64,000 nt of DNA, taken from assembly GCF_006345805.1 (NCBI RefSeq), contig NC_043005.1:38006001-38070000 (forward strand). The letters are read 5' to 3'. A program made the translations under genes and the position numbers. How positions within the stretch are numbered: the first letter of the stretch is position 1; each line of letters opens with the position of its first letter. This document shows, one piece after another, positions 27,558 to 40,657 of this stretch. This stretch comes from Octopus sinensis. Lineage: Eukaryota. Under the pieces are notes generated by a model that did not search any database, was not told where the DNA came from, and worked only from the letters and a program-made list of their open reading frames with translations.

Positions 27558-28460
27558 ACATGGATTACATGGCAAAATGTGAGCAAGAGAAATAATATTC
27601 TCAAGATTATAAACCTGGAAATGTACATGACAAGTTATTATGCTTGGAAAAGTTCAGGACAATTTCATTACATCTGGTAAAGTACAGAGCAAGAAAATTT
27701 TTACTTAAAATATTGCAGCTAAGGATAAAATTTGAGTACTAAAAATTATTTGATTTTAATTTACTAAGTAACATTATAATTAAAAAAGGTATCATCATTT
27801 TGTTAAAATATTGACACGCTAGAATACTTAAAATATGAGAGCCAAAAGTGCCAATATAGCTAAAGTTTTATCCAAAGTAGAATGGTATATATGTTAGGGA
27901 AATTCATTATGTAAAAAAATAGGCATTGGGTCAAGACTAAAAATGTAAAGTCTTGGCAATAACTTGGGCAATACCTCAAGCAAATTTTACTGTGAATTTG
28001 TTATTAAAGTAGATTTTACTGTAATATATAACAATTTTTGTATTATTCTATTTATTGTACTAACTAATTATGTACTACTACTTTTTGTAACCTATTTTCA
28101 AATTTCTAATTATTAATTAATAATTAAAAAAAGGAATTTTTTTAAAGTATAAAAATATTTTGAGTTATTTTTTTATTTTTAATAGAAGTAACAACTATTT
28201 TTATTTTTAATAGAAGTACTAACTTGTAATAAAGTTTTAGTTTTAATAAAAGCTAATATTTTCTAAATCTAAATATTTTATATGAAATTTCATCCTTAGC
28301 TGTAATATTTTAAGTAAAAATTTTCTTGTTCTGTACTTTACCAAATGTAATAACTTGTCCTAAACTTTTTCAAGTATAATAACTAGTCCTGTAATTTTTC
28401 AGGTTTATAATCTTGAGAATATTATTTCTCTTCCTCGCATTTTTCCATGTAAGATGTATA
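27558..28460. mobile_element. Foldback-type element with about 200-bp TIRs
   Basis: ttacatggcaaaatgtgagcaagagaaataatattctcaagattataaacctg...gcagctaaggat at the left is the reverse complement of 28270-28460; gacaagttatta-like subrepeats. Confidence 0.8.
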
Positions 28461-28731
28461 TATAACTTGCTTTAAATCTCTGAACGAGAGATCTACAGTA
28501 ACAGTATATATATATAGTTGAAATTTACAGAAAAACAAAAGATGAAGACAGGTATATAAACAACAAGCAAATGTATTAGTTTGATGCTGAAAAAGGTGAG
28601 AAAGTCTTTTACGTTTTAATTCTATGCTTTTCAACAGAAGGGAGCACAAGGAAATAAACAGAAAGAGAATTTTAAAATCTTGTAGATTTAGCAAGGAATC
28701 ATGCTGATACGTGGGGTGGGGGCACATGTAT

Positions 28732-28811
<80 letters not shown>

Positions 28812-28862
28812 GCATATATATGTGCGTGTGTTTGTGTATGTATATATATATATGTATATATA

Positions 28863-30026
28863 TCAGGCTGAGTAAAAATTAAGCAACGTTTTTAAACATG
28901 AAATTCATCTCAATATATTTCAACAATGTGAAAATTTTATTCATCAAAGTAAGTACCATTACAATCAACACCATTTTGCCAATAAGTTGCAAGTTCGTTT
29001 ATTCTGGTAAAATGAAATCTGGAGCTGTGGAGCTGATGAACTCTTTCAATGCACTTTCAGCATCAGTTGATTTTTGAACTCCTTCTCTTGCAGGAAACCA
29101 TCAAGGTGCTCGAAAAAGTGATAATCGGTAGGAGAAAGTTCTGGGGAATAAGCTGGGTGGGGAAGAACTTCGTACCTAAGTTCCCTTAACTGCTGGAGCA
29201 TCATTACTGAAATGTGTGTTTGAGCATTGTCACAAAAAATGATTGGCCGTCTTCTGTTGACCAATCTGGGATGGAGGAGTAGCAGTTTTTCATTCATTTT
29301 GGCAATATGCTTCTGCAGTAAAGGTTTGTCCAGGTTTTAAGTAGTTATTGTAGATGGGTCCAGCAGTACACCACCAAACAGTCACCATAACCTTCTTGTT
29401 TGGATTTAAGGAAGGCAGTTTGTGTATGGAGAAGAAGCAACGTGCAAATTTCATATCTGTGCATTTTCTAATTTTTATTCAAATCACATGCAACCCATTT
29501 GTCAAGCTCTTTTGATTTTCCGATCAATTGCAAATGGTTTCAGGCAGTTTTCTGGCTAAGCTGAAGTTCTTTTGCCAGTTCTCGAGTTGTTTTACATGGA
29601 TCTTTATCAATGATGGTCTTTAATTGACTATCATCAATGACAGATGGGTGTCCACTATGCTTACGATCTTCAAGGCTCAGGTCTCCATTGTGAAATCATT
29701 TGAACCCTTTTTGAGCTGCCCACTCACTGGTCATTTCTTCACTAAATGTTTCGTTGATATTGCAAGCAGTCTCAGTTGCTTTACGTCCTTTTTTGAAGTC
29801 AAATAGCAAAGGTTTTTGAATATTGCGCTTTGACAGTTCCATTTCAGATGATTGTAACAATGAGGAAAACAATATCAATGTTAATTTATGGGTGCATTTG
29901 GGCAAGTCTATATTTGTATTATTAGACAATTGTAAAAAAATGTTTTTAAAAAATTCAGAACTCTGCAAAAATTCCTGTACAAATTCTTCACAGTTCAAAA
30001 CTTTGCTTACTTTTTACTCGACCTGA
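28863..30026 (-). mobile_element. Full-length (1164 bp) decayed mariner, Hsmar1/cecropia-like
   Basis: TA-flanked TIRs tcaggctgagtaaaaattaagcaa / ttgcttactttttactcgacctga; fragments MELSKRNIQKPLLFDFKKGRKATETACNIN and PHPAYSPELSPTDYHFFEHLDGFL; disrupted by stops and frameshifts. Confidence 0.92.
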
Positions 30027-33021
30027 TATATATGTGTGTGTGTGTGTGTGTGGCCAAGTAGTTAAGAAGTTTGCTTCACTGACAGGAGTTCTTTTGTTTG
30101 ATCCTCCTCTGTGACAACTTTAAGAAATATCATGTTCTGAAGAGGGCAGACTGAACCCCACATTTTGTGAATCAAATTGCATGCATAGACACTAATTGGA
30201 AGCCATCAAATGGACTGGCATTCCGTAATTCAAGGGTCACACACAGTCACGTTATTTCTGCCAGAGGACTACATTAAATGTGCACTTGTCAGCCACTTAC
30301 ATATTAATTTAATTAGGGTGTCAGTTGATCAGACTACTGAATCTTCAACCAATGCAGATCTCTTTGTGAACATATATGTGTGTGTGTCTATACATATATG
30401 TAGATAAAGATGAGTATGTGTGTTTGTGCATGTATGTATGCCAACCAAAGTCCAAAGTGTGGATTTCATAAACAAACTGAAAGAAGCCAAGCATATAGTT
30501 GTGTTTATTTGTGGCTCCTTGTCCTGTAATCAAGTGGTTGTTATGAATTAGCCTCACCATCAGGCAAACAGTCTTCATGAAAAATATCTAACCTTGAGAA
30601 AATATTAGCTTGCTTGGAAACAAGTGGGAGTTCATGACAAGAAAGTCTCCAGCTTTGATTTCTGTTTTACTCTATTGGTATATGTATTCTTAAGGTGAGT
30701 TTGACATATATAAATTTATATAAATACATATAACAAAAGTGCGAAGAATAGATGGGAACAAGGAAGAATAAGGAGTTACATGTTGCCTCAAGTCTTTTAT
30801 ATAAAACAATGTTTTGGTATATACATTTCTGAGTTTGCAGCTAAAAGGGAATCTTTGTAGTATAGGAAAACAGTCATATTTAACTGACCTGAATCAAGTC
30901 TTGTTGATTTCAGCTTCAAAGTTTTCAGCAATTTTTCTATATTTTTTTCCATAAATACACATATGCATCCTATATTGAAAAATGCTAGGTACAATGATTT
31001 ATTCTTAGCTAATAACTTATTTTGTTGTTGTTTTATTAAGAAGGTGACATTATTGACAGTTTCCCACCTCTGCTTTACATTAACACTTTTCACTTTGCTC
31101 TTCCACTCATTCACCATAATGTTATATTATCTTTGTCATTATTGTGATCAACAGAAATTACCATTATTATTATAATCAATAGACTTATCATCATCGTCAT
31201 CATCAGCATCATCGTCCATGACTCAGTACATTTCTGCATTTTGTCAATATATTCTGGCATGGATTAAACATTGGATTAGTAAACTGGTGGAAGGGTGTCC
31301 ATTTAATGTCCAGCTTAAGCTGCTTTAGTCAGATCAAAGCTAAATTAAACAATTATTGCCAAACTGTCTTTAAGAACAACAGACTAGTAGAAACCTCTCT
31401 GGCTTCCTGCCATAAACTGAAAGTCAGACACATATGCACATGTGCGCACACCTTCACACATTCCACCACATACACTACACACACACACGTATGCATACAC
31501 ACACACAGAGGTATTTTCTTCTATTCTTCCATTCTCTTACTTCTTTGATACTCTCAGCCGTTTCTCCTCTTCTCATTTCCACTTGTTTTCAGCATTATGC
31601 ATTTAAGGTGGGGAATTAATAACCTAGCTCTGCTGTGCCAAACTTGATAATATTTGTGGTTTCTGGTTTCCATATGCTTCTTTTGAAATGCTTGTGATAT
31701 GATGTCATAAGAATAGCTAAGATATGCAATAAGCTGGATTGGCAGTTCATAATTTGTCACCAATATAACTCTGTCACTAGCAGGTCACTTAACAGGTTCT
31801 ACGAGCCGCTGATACATTTCAATACTGCAGCCAGCAAGAGATTTATATATATACCAAGTGATTGTCTTATAACTAGCAGTATAATATACTTCTCATATTG
31901 CCATCCATATATCATACTTAATGCATATATATTGTTGAAAGACAAAATACTGTGGTTTTCATTCAAGGTAAAATATCTTATTGGTGTGCTGTGTTAAAAA
32001 CACAATATGTATTTATGGGAGAAGAAAATCGCTCTGCAAGAATGTTAGGGCAATGGTTTGCACTCACAGCCCTCTCAGACAGAGAAAAAATATCTCAGAT
32101 GGAAAACACAGTATATATACATTAGGTATTGTACACAGATGGCTGTTTTAATTTGATACTACTTCAGTTACATCCCTCATATTTTTATTCAGTTTAGAGG
32201 CTAGTTGCAATATCGGAGAATGTATTATTCATTGTTTTCTATATAACAAAGGTAACAAATTTCATTTTGGCTAGTGGCTGTAAGTATACATCATTAACAA
32301 GGTCCAAGAAAGTCAGAATGTATCTGACATTCATGTGGGTCACTACTGTGATGATTTTCATGTTACTCCAATATATATCATGATTTTAACACAACACATC
32401 TATAAGGGATTATATTTCAGAGAAAAATTGCAGTATCTTGCCAATCAACAATGTGTATACATTTAGTATCAGACATAGATGGCTATTCTAATTTAAAGCT
32501 GCTCCAGCTGCATACACCAGATATTTTTCTTAATTTATTTTTGATATGATATATAGGTGCATTTCTGCATGTGTACATGTGTGTGCATGTGTGTGTATAT
32601 ATACATATATATATATATATATGTGTGTATGTATGTATATATGTATGTATGCATATATATGTATCTATATATAGGTATATCTATATGTAAATATATATAT
32701 GTGTGTGTGTTGTTTGTCTTGTTTTCCATTTGTGTCTTTCGTTATTCGGTAAAATAGTTCATATTCCTTGTACTTTGTATATTTTGGCTGTACATGTTTC
32801 ATGATGTCCTGTGCCCACATATGCATATATATGTATAGATGTAAGTATGTACATATACGTATGTATATATGCATATATATTATTTATATTATTATATGAT
32901 GAACGCTATGCATCCTCTTCCAAGTAAGTATATTATATGTATATAATATATATATATATACATATATAGATATATATATATAATATATATATATATACAT
33001 ATATATATATAAATGTTTACA

Positions 33022-33053
<32 letters not shown>

Positions 33054-33263
33054 AATGTTTACATATATATATATACTTCAATCATATAATAATATAAATA
33101 ACATATATATATATATGCATATACATACGTATATGTACATACATCTATACATATATATATATATATATATATATAAATATTTTAGCAGACAAACCACTAT
33201 TTTGCAAAACAAACAAGGAAAGACTAATTATACATAAAATTTAATAAATAGTCAAAAAAACCG

Positions 33264-33305
33264 CCACTAAATCGTTTCTTGTCTTGATCGACAATCTTCA
33301 GGTGG
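33264..33305 (-). ncRNA. Type I minimal hammerhead motif, degenerate (one G missing before the cleavage site)
   Basis: Reverse complement CCAC-CUGAAGA-UUGUC gaucaa GACAA-GAAAC-gauu-UA-GUGG. Confidence 0.6.
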
Positions 33306-33354
33306 ACTTCCAATAATTCAGTGTCAAATAATTTGACACTGAATTATTGGAAGT

Positions 33355-33397
33355 CCACCTGAAGATTGTCGATCAAGACAAGAAACGATTGTAGTGG
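33355..33397 (+). ncRNA. Type I minimal hammerhead motif; predicted cleavage after A33393
   Basis: Stem I CCAC/GUGG; core CUGAAGA 33359-65; stem II UUGUC/GACAA; GAAAC 33382-86; 2-bp stem III with near-palindromic ACGAUUGU; GUA triplet. Confidence 0.8.
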
Positions 33398-33598
33398 CGG
33401 TTTTTTTGACTATTTATTAAAATTTATGTATTAATAAGTCTTTCCTTGTTTGTTTTGCAAAATAGTGGTTTTGTCTCGAATAATATTTTATAATATTTTA
33501 CTATAAAATCGATTTAATCCAAATCTGATTTTTTCCCTGTAAATTTGGATTTATTCCCTAATATTTATTATTATATATATATATATATATATATATTA

Positions 33599-33866
33599 TG
33601 CGTATGTGGGCAAAGGACATCACGAAATGTGTACAGCAAAAAATACAAACTATGAGTACATGGAATATGAACTATTTTTTCGAATAATGAAGGACAAATT
33701 GGAAAACAAGTCAAACAACACAACCAGACAAACAACACAACAAAACAAAGAACACATCAGTTGTTGGCTGTTTTTCTACTCTCGTATTGTTCCTATTCCA
33801 TGCACTTGTACTTTGTATTTTTTGTTGTACACATTTTCATGACGTCCTGTGCCCACATATGCCTAT
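33599..33866. mobile_element. Short element with about 75-bp TIRs; partial copies at 32700-32930 and 34500-34760
   Basis: gtatgtgggcaaaggacatcacgaaatgtgtacagcaaaaaatacaaa...ggaatatgaac vs gttcctattccatgcacttgtactttgtattttttgttgtacacattttcatgacgtcctgtgcccacatatg. Confidence 0.7.
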
Positions 33867-34295
33867 ATATATATATATATATATATACGTATAGAAGTAA
33901 GTATTTACATATACATATGCATATATATTATATGATTATATTATTATATGATTAAATGCCACGCATCCTCTTCCAAGTAAGTTTTATCTGAATAATTCTG
34001 ATGTGCACTCTATCTTTTTACTCTTTCGTTTTTCTCTCTTTTATTCTTTTACCTCCTCTTCTCCCATTAGTCTATCCTATTACTCTTTCGTTTTTTCTCT
34101 TACTCTCCTACATCCCCTTCTCCCCCTCTTGTTTTTCCTCAATTATCCTATCTCCAATTTTTCCTCTCCCCTTCACAATTCTCTGCCTGTCATTCTCTCT
34201 CCCTCACACTTCCTCCCTTGCTCACGTGGCTCCCACATGACCATCAGCCATCTTTCTTCTCCTAACTTGTGTTTCTTTCTTTCTCTCCATTATAG

Positions 34296-34313
34296 CTGGA
34301 TCAAGGAAGACAG
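34296..34313 (+). CDS. Possible 18-nt microexon, phase 1/1 (A)GSRKT
   Basis: About 290-nt pyrimidine tract, cctaac branch-like motif at 34261, acceptor ccattatag; donor gttctt is weak. Confidence 0.3.
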
Positions 34314-35652
34314 GTTCTTGTCTGTCTCCTGTCCAAGCTTGATTTATGCATTTGCCACCACAACCTCGGTTAGGCTTAGCAGCCCTTCCTGTTTGTTTTC
34401 ACTGTCCTGTTTGTGTTACCAATATTGACCCTCCGCATAATCCCAAATTTTATTTACTTTGCTTTGCGGGAGCAACTGTTTCATTGAAAGCATATATTGT
34501 TGTTCAATGCTCAAAATACAAGAGCTGAAAAACAGCCAACAACTGATGAAGGGTCGTTCTTTGTGTTGTTTATCTTGTTTCCCATTTGTGTCTTTCATTG
34601 TTTGAAAACATTGTTCATATTCCATGTACTTGTGCTTCGTATTTTTTTGCTGTACATGTTCCATGACGTCCTGTGCCTACATATGCATATATATACATAT
34701 AGATGTAAGTATATACATATACATATGTATATATGCATATATATATATTATCTACATTATTATATATATATTTATACATATACATACTTATACATATATA
34801 TATATACTTATCTATATATGCATGCATACTCACACATACATGCACATATGTATGTATGTATGTATGTATAAAAGAAATTGGTATGACAAGTGAAATAAAA
34901 AATTATATTATGAATGTCATTAGCTTCTTGCTGTTTCAACACCCATAGTTATATTTGAGTGCATTGCATCTTATAGCAGAAACAGCTGTGAGCTAATGAA
35001 GTTCATAACATAATTGTTTATTCCTTTATCATCCCAATTCTTTATTACCACTCTGTACTTGACTGACACTTCGTTCTGAATCATATATTTATATTGAGTT
35101 CTAACACCAGGTTATTAGTATCACAATGCCTGAGCGAAATATATATAAAGCATATATATGTGTTTATTTATATTTGAAAGCTTGAATATATATGGGTAAT
35201 TATTTACATCAATGGGCTGTAAATCTTCTTTGAATCATGTTTAATTAAAACCATGACTGGAGTACATAGTTTTTAATATACTTCATGACTTTTGAAATAT
35301 ATATATGTAACATGTATGTATGTGTATGTGTGTGCGTGTGTGTGTAAACATATATGATCATTTTGTATGCAATTCTTGATCGCAAAAATCAAGGGGACCA
35401 CAGTTACCAAAATAGAGTGTATGTCATTACATTCTTCTGTTCTATTAAGCAAGATATTAAACTAACAGCAGGAGACATTTTTCTTTTTCTTTTACAGCAC
35501 ATTACTGGCTGAGAGGTTTCTACCTCTAATGAGATGTACATATGAAGATTATATAGATATATATATATATATAATCTTCATGTATGTATTTATATATATA
35601 TATGCATATATATATAATCTTCATGCATGTATAAATATATATATATATATAG

Positions 35653-35990
35653 GTGAGGGTGCATGGCTTAGTGTTTAGAGCATCGAACTTATGACTGTGA
35701 GGTTGTGAGTTCGAATCCTGGACCGGGCTGCGTGTTGTGTTCTTGAACGAGACACTTTATTTCACATTACTCCAGTTCCTCAGCTGTAAAAATGAGTTGC
35801 AATGTCACTGGTGCCAAGCTGTATCGGCCTTTGCCTTTCCCTTGGATAACATCGGTGACATGGAGAGTGGAGGCTGGTATGCATGGGCAACTGTTGGTCT
35901 TCCATTAACAACCTTGCCCGGACTTGTGCCTCGGAGGGTAACATTCTTGGTGCAATCCCATGGTCATTTGTATGTGTATATATATTATAT
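35653..35990 (+). mobile_element. CORE-type tRNA SINE (inverted copy at 42780-43103)
   Basis: A-box tggcttagtgtttag, B-box gagttcgaatcc, CORE-like cttgaacgagacacttt...ctcagctgtaaaaatgag. Confidence 0.8.
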
Positions 35991-36030
35991 GTATGTAAAT
36001 ATATATATAATATCCATGTATATATGTATG

Positions 36031-36079
<49 letters not shown>

Positions 36080-36187
36080 ACATATATATACATATATATA
36101 CATACATAAAATATATAGGGTAGCGAGTTTTTTAGAAATTTCACTTCCATTAGCCTAGCATGTATAAAAAGTCAATATTCTGAATAT

Positions 36188-36381
36188 AAATAGTGTACAT
36201 TTAAACAGAAGAGAAACTACCTTTAACAGGCTGCTTTACATGCTAGAAGAAGCAGTCAAAACGACCAAAACCACATTTAAGAGCAATTTCAAAATGTGGT
36301 TTGGTCGTTTTGACTGCTTGTTCTAGCATGTGAAGCTGCCTGTTAAAAGTAGTTTCTCTTCTGTTTAAATGTACACTATTT
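36188..36381. repeat. Long hairpin with about 91-bp arms and a 13-nt loop
   Basis: aaatagtgtacatttaaacagaagagaaactac...ccacattt pairs with aaatgtgg...gtagtttctcttctgtttaaatgtacactattt; about 4 mismatches and 1 indel. Confidence 0.9.
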
Positions 36382-36382
36382 A

Positions 36383-36435
<53 letters not shown>

Positions 36436-36599
36436 TGAATCATCACATAAATAATGCAGTTTTTCCAATTGTATAACTAAAAGTCAGATGGGGATGGGAT
36501 AAACTATCTGCATCAACTTGCTATAAAAGCACGTAGTAATTTTACCATATTCTTAGTGTAAGTTTTGAAGAGTGCAGTTCAATTTTAACAGTTATTTTA

Positions 36600-36910
36600 T
36601 CAAAGCTATAATAGAAGTGGCAAAAGAGCATATTCAGCATATTTCTCTTTATAAGTTCAATAAAGAAAATAACGCAATGGAAAATGTGAAGAAGATTAAT
36701 CCGGTATATGGGGATCAAACAATACGTGTAAACCAGTGTTAGTGGTGATTCCAGAAATTCCGAGCTGGAAACTACAGCCTAGAAGATGAGCCTCATCCTG
36801 GAATATCTGTAGAGCTTGACAAGGATGTCCTGCAAACCCTGGTGGAACAAAATCCCACCGTAAATGTTGAAGAACTAGCAGAGAAGCTTGGATTTGGTCG
36901 TTCAACCAAA
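36600..36910 (+). mobile_element. Mariner transposase N-terminal remnant
   Basis: KEHIQHISLYKFNK...KINPVYGDQTIRVNQC*W*FQKFRAGNYSLEDEPHPG...LVEQNPTVNVEELAEKLG. Confidence 0.8.
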
Positions 36911-37692
36911 TCCATACCACAATGGTGATAATTAGCTGCCTCTCATATAATGAAACTGGCCAATTCACTGGAACAGGATTAAGTTAGGGCTGAGAAGGTG
37001 GAAACTTAGACACTGATAAGTTGTGGTGTTGGATAAAGAACAAATACTGATGATGATGATGATGAAGATATCATATATATGTTTATATTAATATATATGT
37101 ATATAAATTGATACACACACACACATATGTGTATATATAAGCACACACATACTTGTATTTTATTCATCTTACATAAGTATACATTTCCAAGGAATAACAA
37201 AAACAGACACACAAGAGACTAAATTGCACTTACGAATTCAATTAATAAGTAGCACAATAACAGACAGTATGGCATTTCAAATTATCTTCATTGGAACCTA
37301 TTATATTTACACATAAACACAAGTGTATAACATCATGTAAACACAAACAATTTGCTAATTGACTTATGTCTTGACATAGAGGTGATCTGACAGAGATATG
37401 AATAAATAAACAGATAAATAATATTTACTACTACTTGAACAAATTCTTTGAAATATATGAAGAAAATGGATCTTATGCTATAGCCCAGGGCCAACCAAAG
37501 CTATGCAAGTGGATTTGGTAGAAATTGGAAGCTTCATTGAGTGTGTCCGTGTGTGTGTGTTTCTTTGACCACCACCACCACTACATCACAACTGGTGTTT
37601 ACATCCCTGTAACTCTGCAGATTGGCATAAGAGACTGATATGTTAAATACTAGGCTAGAAAAAAAAAATCACTTTAGTTGATTCATTTGATT

Positions 37693-37999
37693 TGTTTGTT
37701 CCTTCTTCTTGAACCATATCTGGCTCATAAGGGCTGGTTTCCCGGTTTCGTTGGCGTATAGGTTCCCCACCTGGACGGGACGCCGGTCCATCGCAGGTGA
37801 GCTGCTAGATGCAGGAGGAAAGAGTGAGAGAAAGCTGTGGCGAAAGAGTCAGCAGAAGTTCGCCATTACCTTCTGACGGAGCCTCGTGGACCTTAGGTGT
37901 TTTGCTCATAAACACACACATCGCCCGGTCTGAGATTCTAACCCGAGATCCCTCAACCGCAAGTCCACTGCTCTAACCACTAGGCCATGTGCCTCCACC
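37693..37999 (-). mobile_element. Young tRNA SINE with a 13-bp TSD, nested in an older SINE (+ copies at 43974-44280 and 45797-46105)
   Basis: gattcatttgatt at 37680-92 and 38000-12; head gtggaggcacatggcctagtggttagag; internal cctgcgatggac.ggcgtcccgtccagg. Confidence 0.85.
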
Positions 38000-39730
38000 G
38001 ATTCATTTGATTAAAACCTTTCAAGAGTTGTGACAGTGCAGTTCGATGTCCTCTTCTGTCTGAAGTCTTCCTCTGAGAAAGAAACACATTTCTAACAAGG
38101 ATACTTACAAAGATTGCAGATGGCAATGTAGATAAAAACAATGCCATATTTTCAACTAAGCAAAGTCTCTACATATTTTTACTGTTCAACTTAGAGATTT
38201 TATTTGTAATGTGTGTGCTGATTTCTATTTTTGAAACCCCAAGCTTTTCCAGATTATAACTTGCTTGTTTACTAGCAAAACTAAATACATTAATTATTAT
38301 TGGTATAAATATGAATTTATTATCTGCATGTAAACGCCAAAGGTTTCGAAGTTCATAGTTATCACCTCTATTTCACCAGTGAAGTTCACACAGCATATAT
38401 GTATGTATCAGTTTTTAAAGGGTAAATTCATTAGAATATAATAATCTTATTGATGAGATACTAATGAGTCATATATTAAGAATACATTGCTTATTAAGTC
38501 AAATAATTGAATTATATATATGTATTTATTTATGTATGTATGTATGTATGTTTATGCAGGTTGAATGTGTCATATATATGTATGAATGCATGTATATACA
38601 TACATGCATCTAACAATAAAAATCAGTGAGATATATATATATATATACTCTTACTCTTTACTCTTTTACTTGTTTCAGTCATTTGACTGCGGCCATGCTG
38701 GAGCACCGCCTTTAGTCGAGCAAATCGACCCCGGGACTTATTCTTTTTTGTAAGCCCAGTACTTATTCTATCGGTCTCTTTTGCCGAACCGCTAAGTGAC
38801 GGGGACGTAAACACACCAGCATCGGTTGTCAAGCAATGCTAGGGGAACAAACACACACACATACACACATATATATATATACATATATACGACAGGCTTC
38901 TTTCAGTTTCCGTCTACCAAATCCATTCACAAGGCATTGGTCGGCCCGGGGCTATAGTAGAAGACACTTGCCCAAGATGCCACGCAGTGGGACTGAACCC
39001 GCAACTATGTGGTTGGTTAGCAAGCTACTTACCAAGGAATGGTCTTTATTGAACCATAGGCTTATATTGCTAGTTTCCCCAGATATTGTAGCAAATATGT
39101 TCCCAACTGAGTGGAATGATAATAGCCTGTTGCAGGATTACTTCTTTTTGCCAGCTGAGTGGACTGGAACAGAATGAAAGAAAGTGTTTTTCTAAGAATA
39201 TAACACATCACCCAGTCCTAGAATTGAAACTACAATCTTACGATGAATGCAACACCTGAAACTTGAATCCATGCACCTACATACACACATACTCACACAT
39301 GTGTACATACGTCCAATATTGGAAATCACTAAAGAAGTGCATAATTTATATTTACTCTTTACTTTACTTACTTGTTTCAGTCCTTTAATCGAGCAACTCG
39401 ACCCCGGGACTTATTCTTTGTTAGCCCAGTACTTATTCTATCGGTCTCTTTTGCCGAACCACTAAGTGACGGGGACATAAACACACCAGCATCGGTTGTC
39501 AAGCAATGCTAGGAGGTCAAACACAAACATACATGCACACAGACACACACATATATATACATATATACGACAGGCTTCTTTCAGTTTCCGTCTACCAAAT
39601 CCACTCACAAGGCTTTGGTTGGGCCGAGGCTATAGCAGAAGACACTTGCCCAAGATGCCACACAGTGGGACTGAACCCGGAACCATGTGGTTGGTAAACA
39701 AGCTACTTACCACACAGCCACTCCTGCGCC

Positions 39731-39815
<85 letters not shown>

Positions 39816-40584
39816 CAAACAGGAGAGATTGGATTAAGCATACATCCTTTATTGCATAATACTACAATTGTTTCATTTTCACTTTAGCAATGGATAATCT
39901 TGCTGAAATATTACTATGTATAATAAATGCATAAAATTAACATCAGTATTACTTCCACAGCATTGCCAAAGGAAAACTCCTGATATGAATGCAAAGTGTT
40001 TCCTAAATTAAACCAAATCCTACAGAATATAGACCTCAGCACATTCAAAAAATAAACTAAATTAGTTGACTCGTATTATTTGTTTTCTTCATTCACCCAT
40101 TTTATTGACCGGCTAAGCTGTACTTGTGATTAATGATCTATAGTATTTGTATTATTTTTTTCAATGTGTTGAGGTATATATTCTGAGGAATATGGTTAAA
40201 TTTGACAAACACTTTGTGTTCATATCTGAGGAGTGTTTATTTGTCAATGTTGTTGAAATAATACTGATGCAATGTAATAAATTTAATGCTTTTATTATAT
40301 AATAATATTTCAGCAATTATCTGTTGGTAAAGTGAAGATGAAGCAATTGTAACGTTATGCAATAAAGCATGTTCACTCAATCCAGGCTCTCCTGTTTACA
40401 TATTTCTATATATACTCTACTGATCTTCATGGATTTCTGGATGTATCTTCATTAATATGATCAGTTTCCATTGTGAAACTGCTCTTGATTGCCAATAACT
40501 ATGGATGAGCTTTATGAAGCAAACTACAAGATTCATACCAAAATCGAATTGACATATAAATATATATATAGATATATATAATAT

Positions 40585-40657
<73 letters not shown>

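Larger units (their letters stand above)
33186..33476. mobile_element. Near-perfect palindrome with about 145-bp arms, centred at 33330; likely Penelope-like pLTR foldback
   Basis: gtgtcaaat-a-atttgacac at the centre; arms match outward to agacaaa(a)ccactattttgcaaaac with few differences. Confidence 0.9.

Noticed and set aside
28500-28700. Minus-strand ctgttga-aaagcatagaatt-aaaacgta resembling a Penelope-type hammerhead (related repeat near 40900)
   Set aside because: Core and stem II too degraded to call a ribozyme
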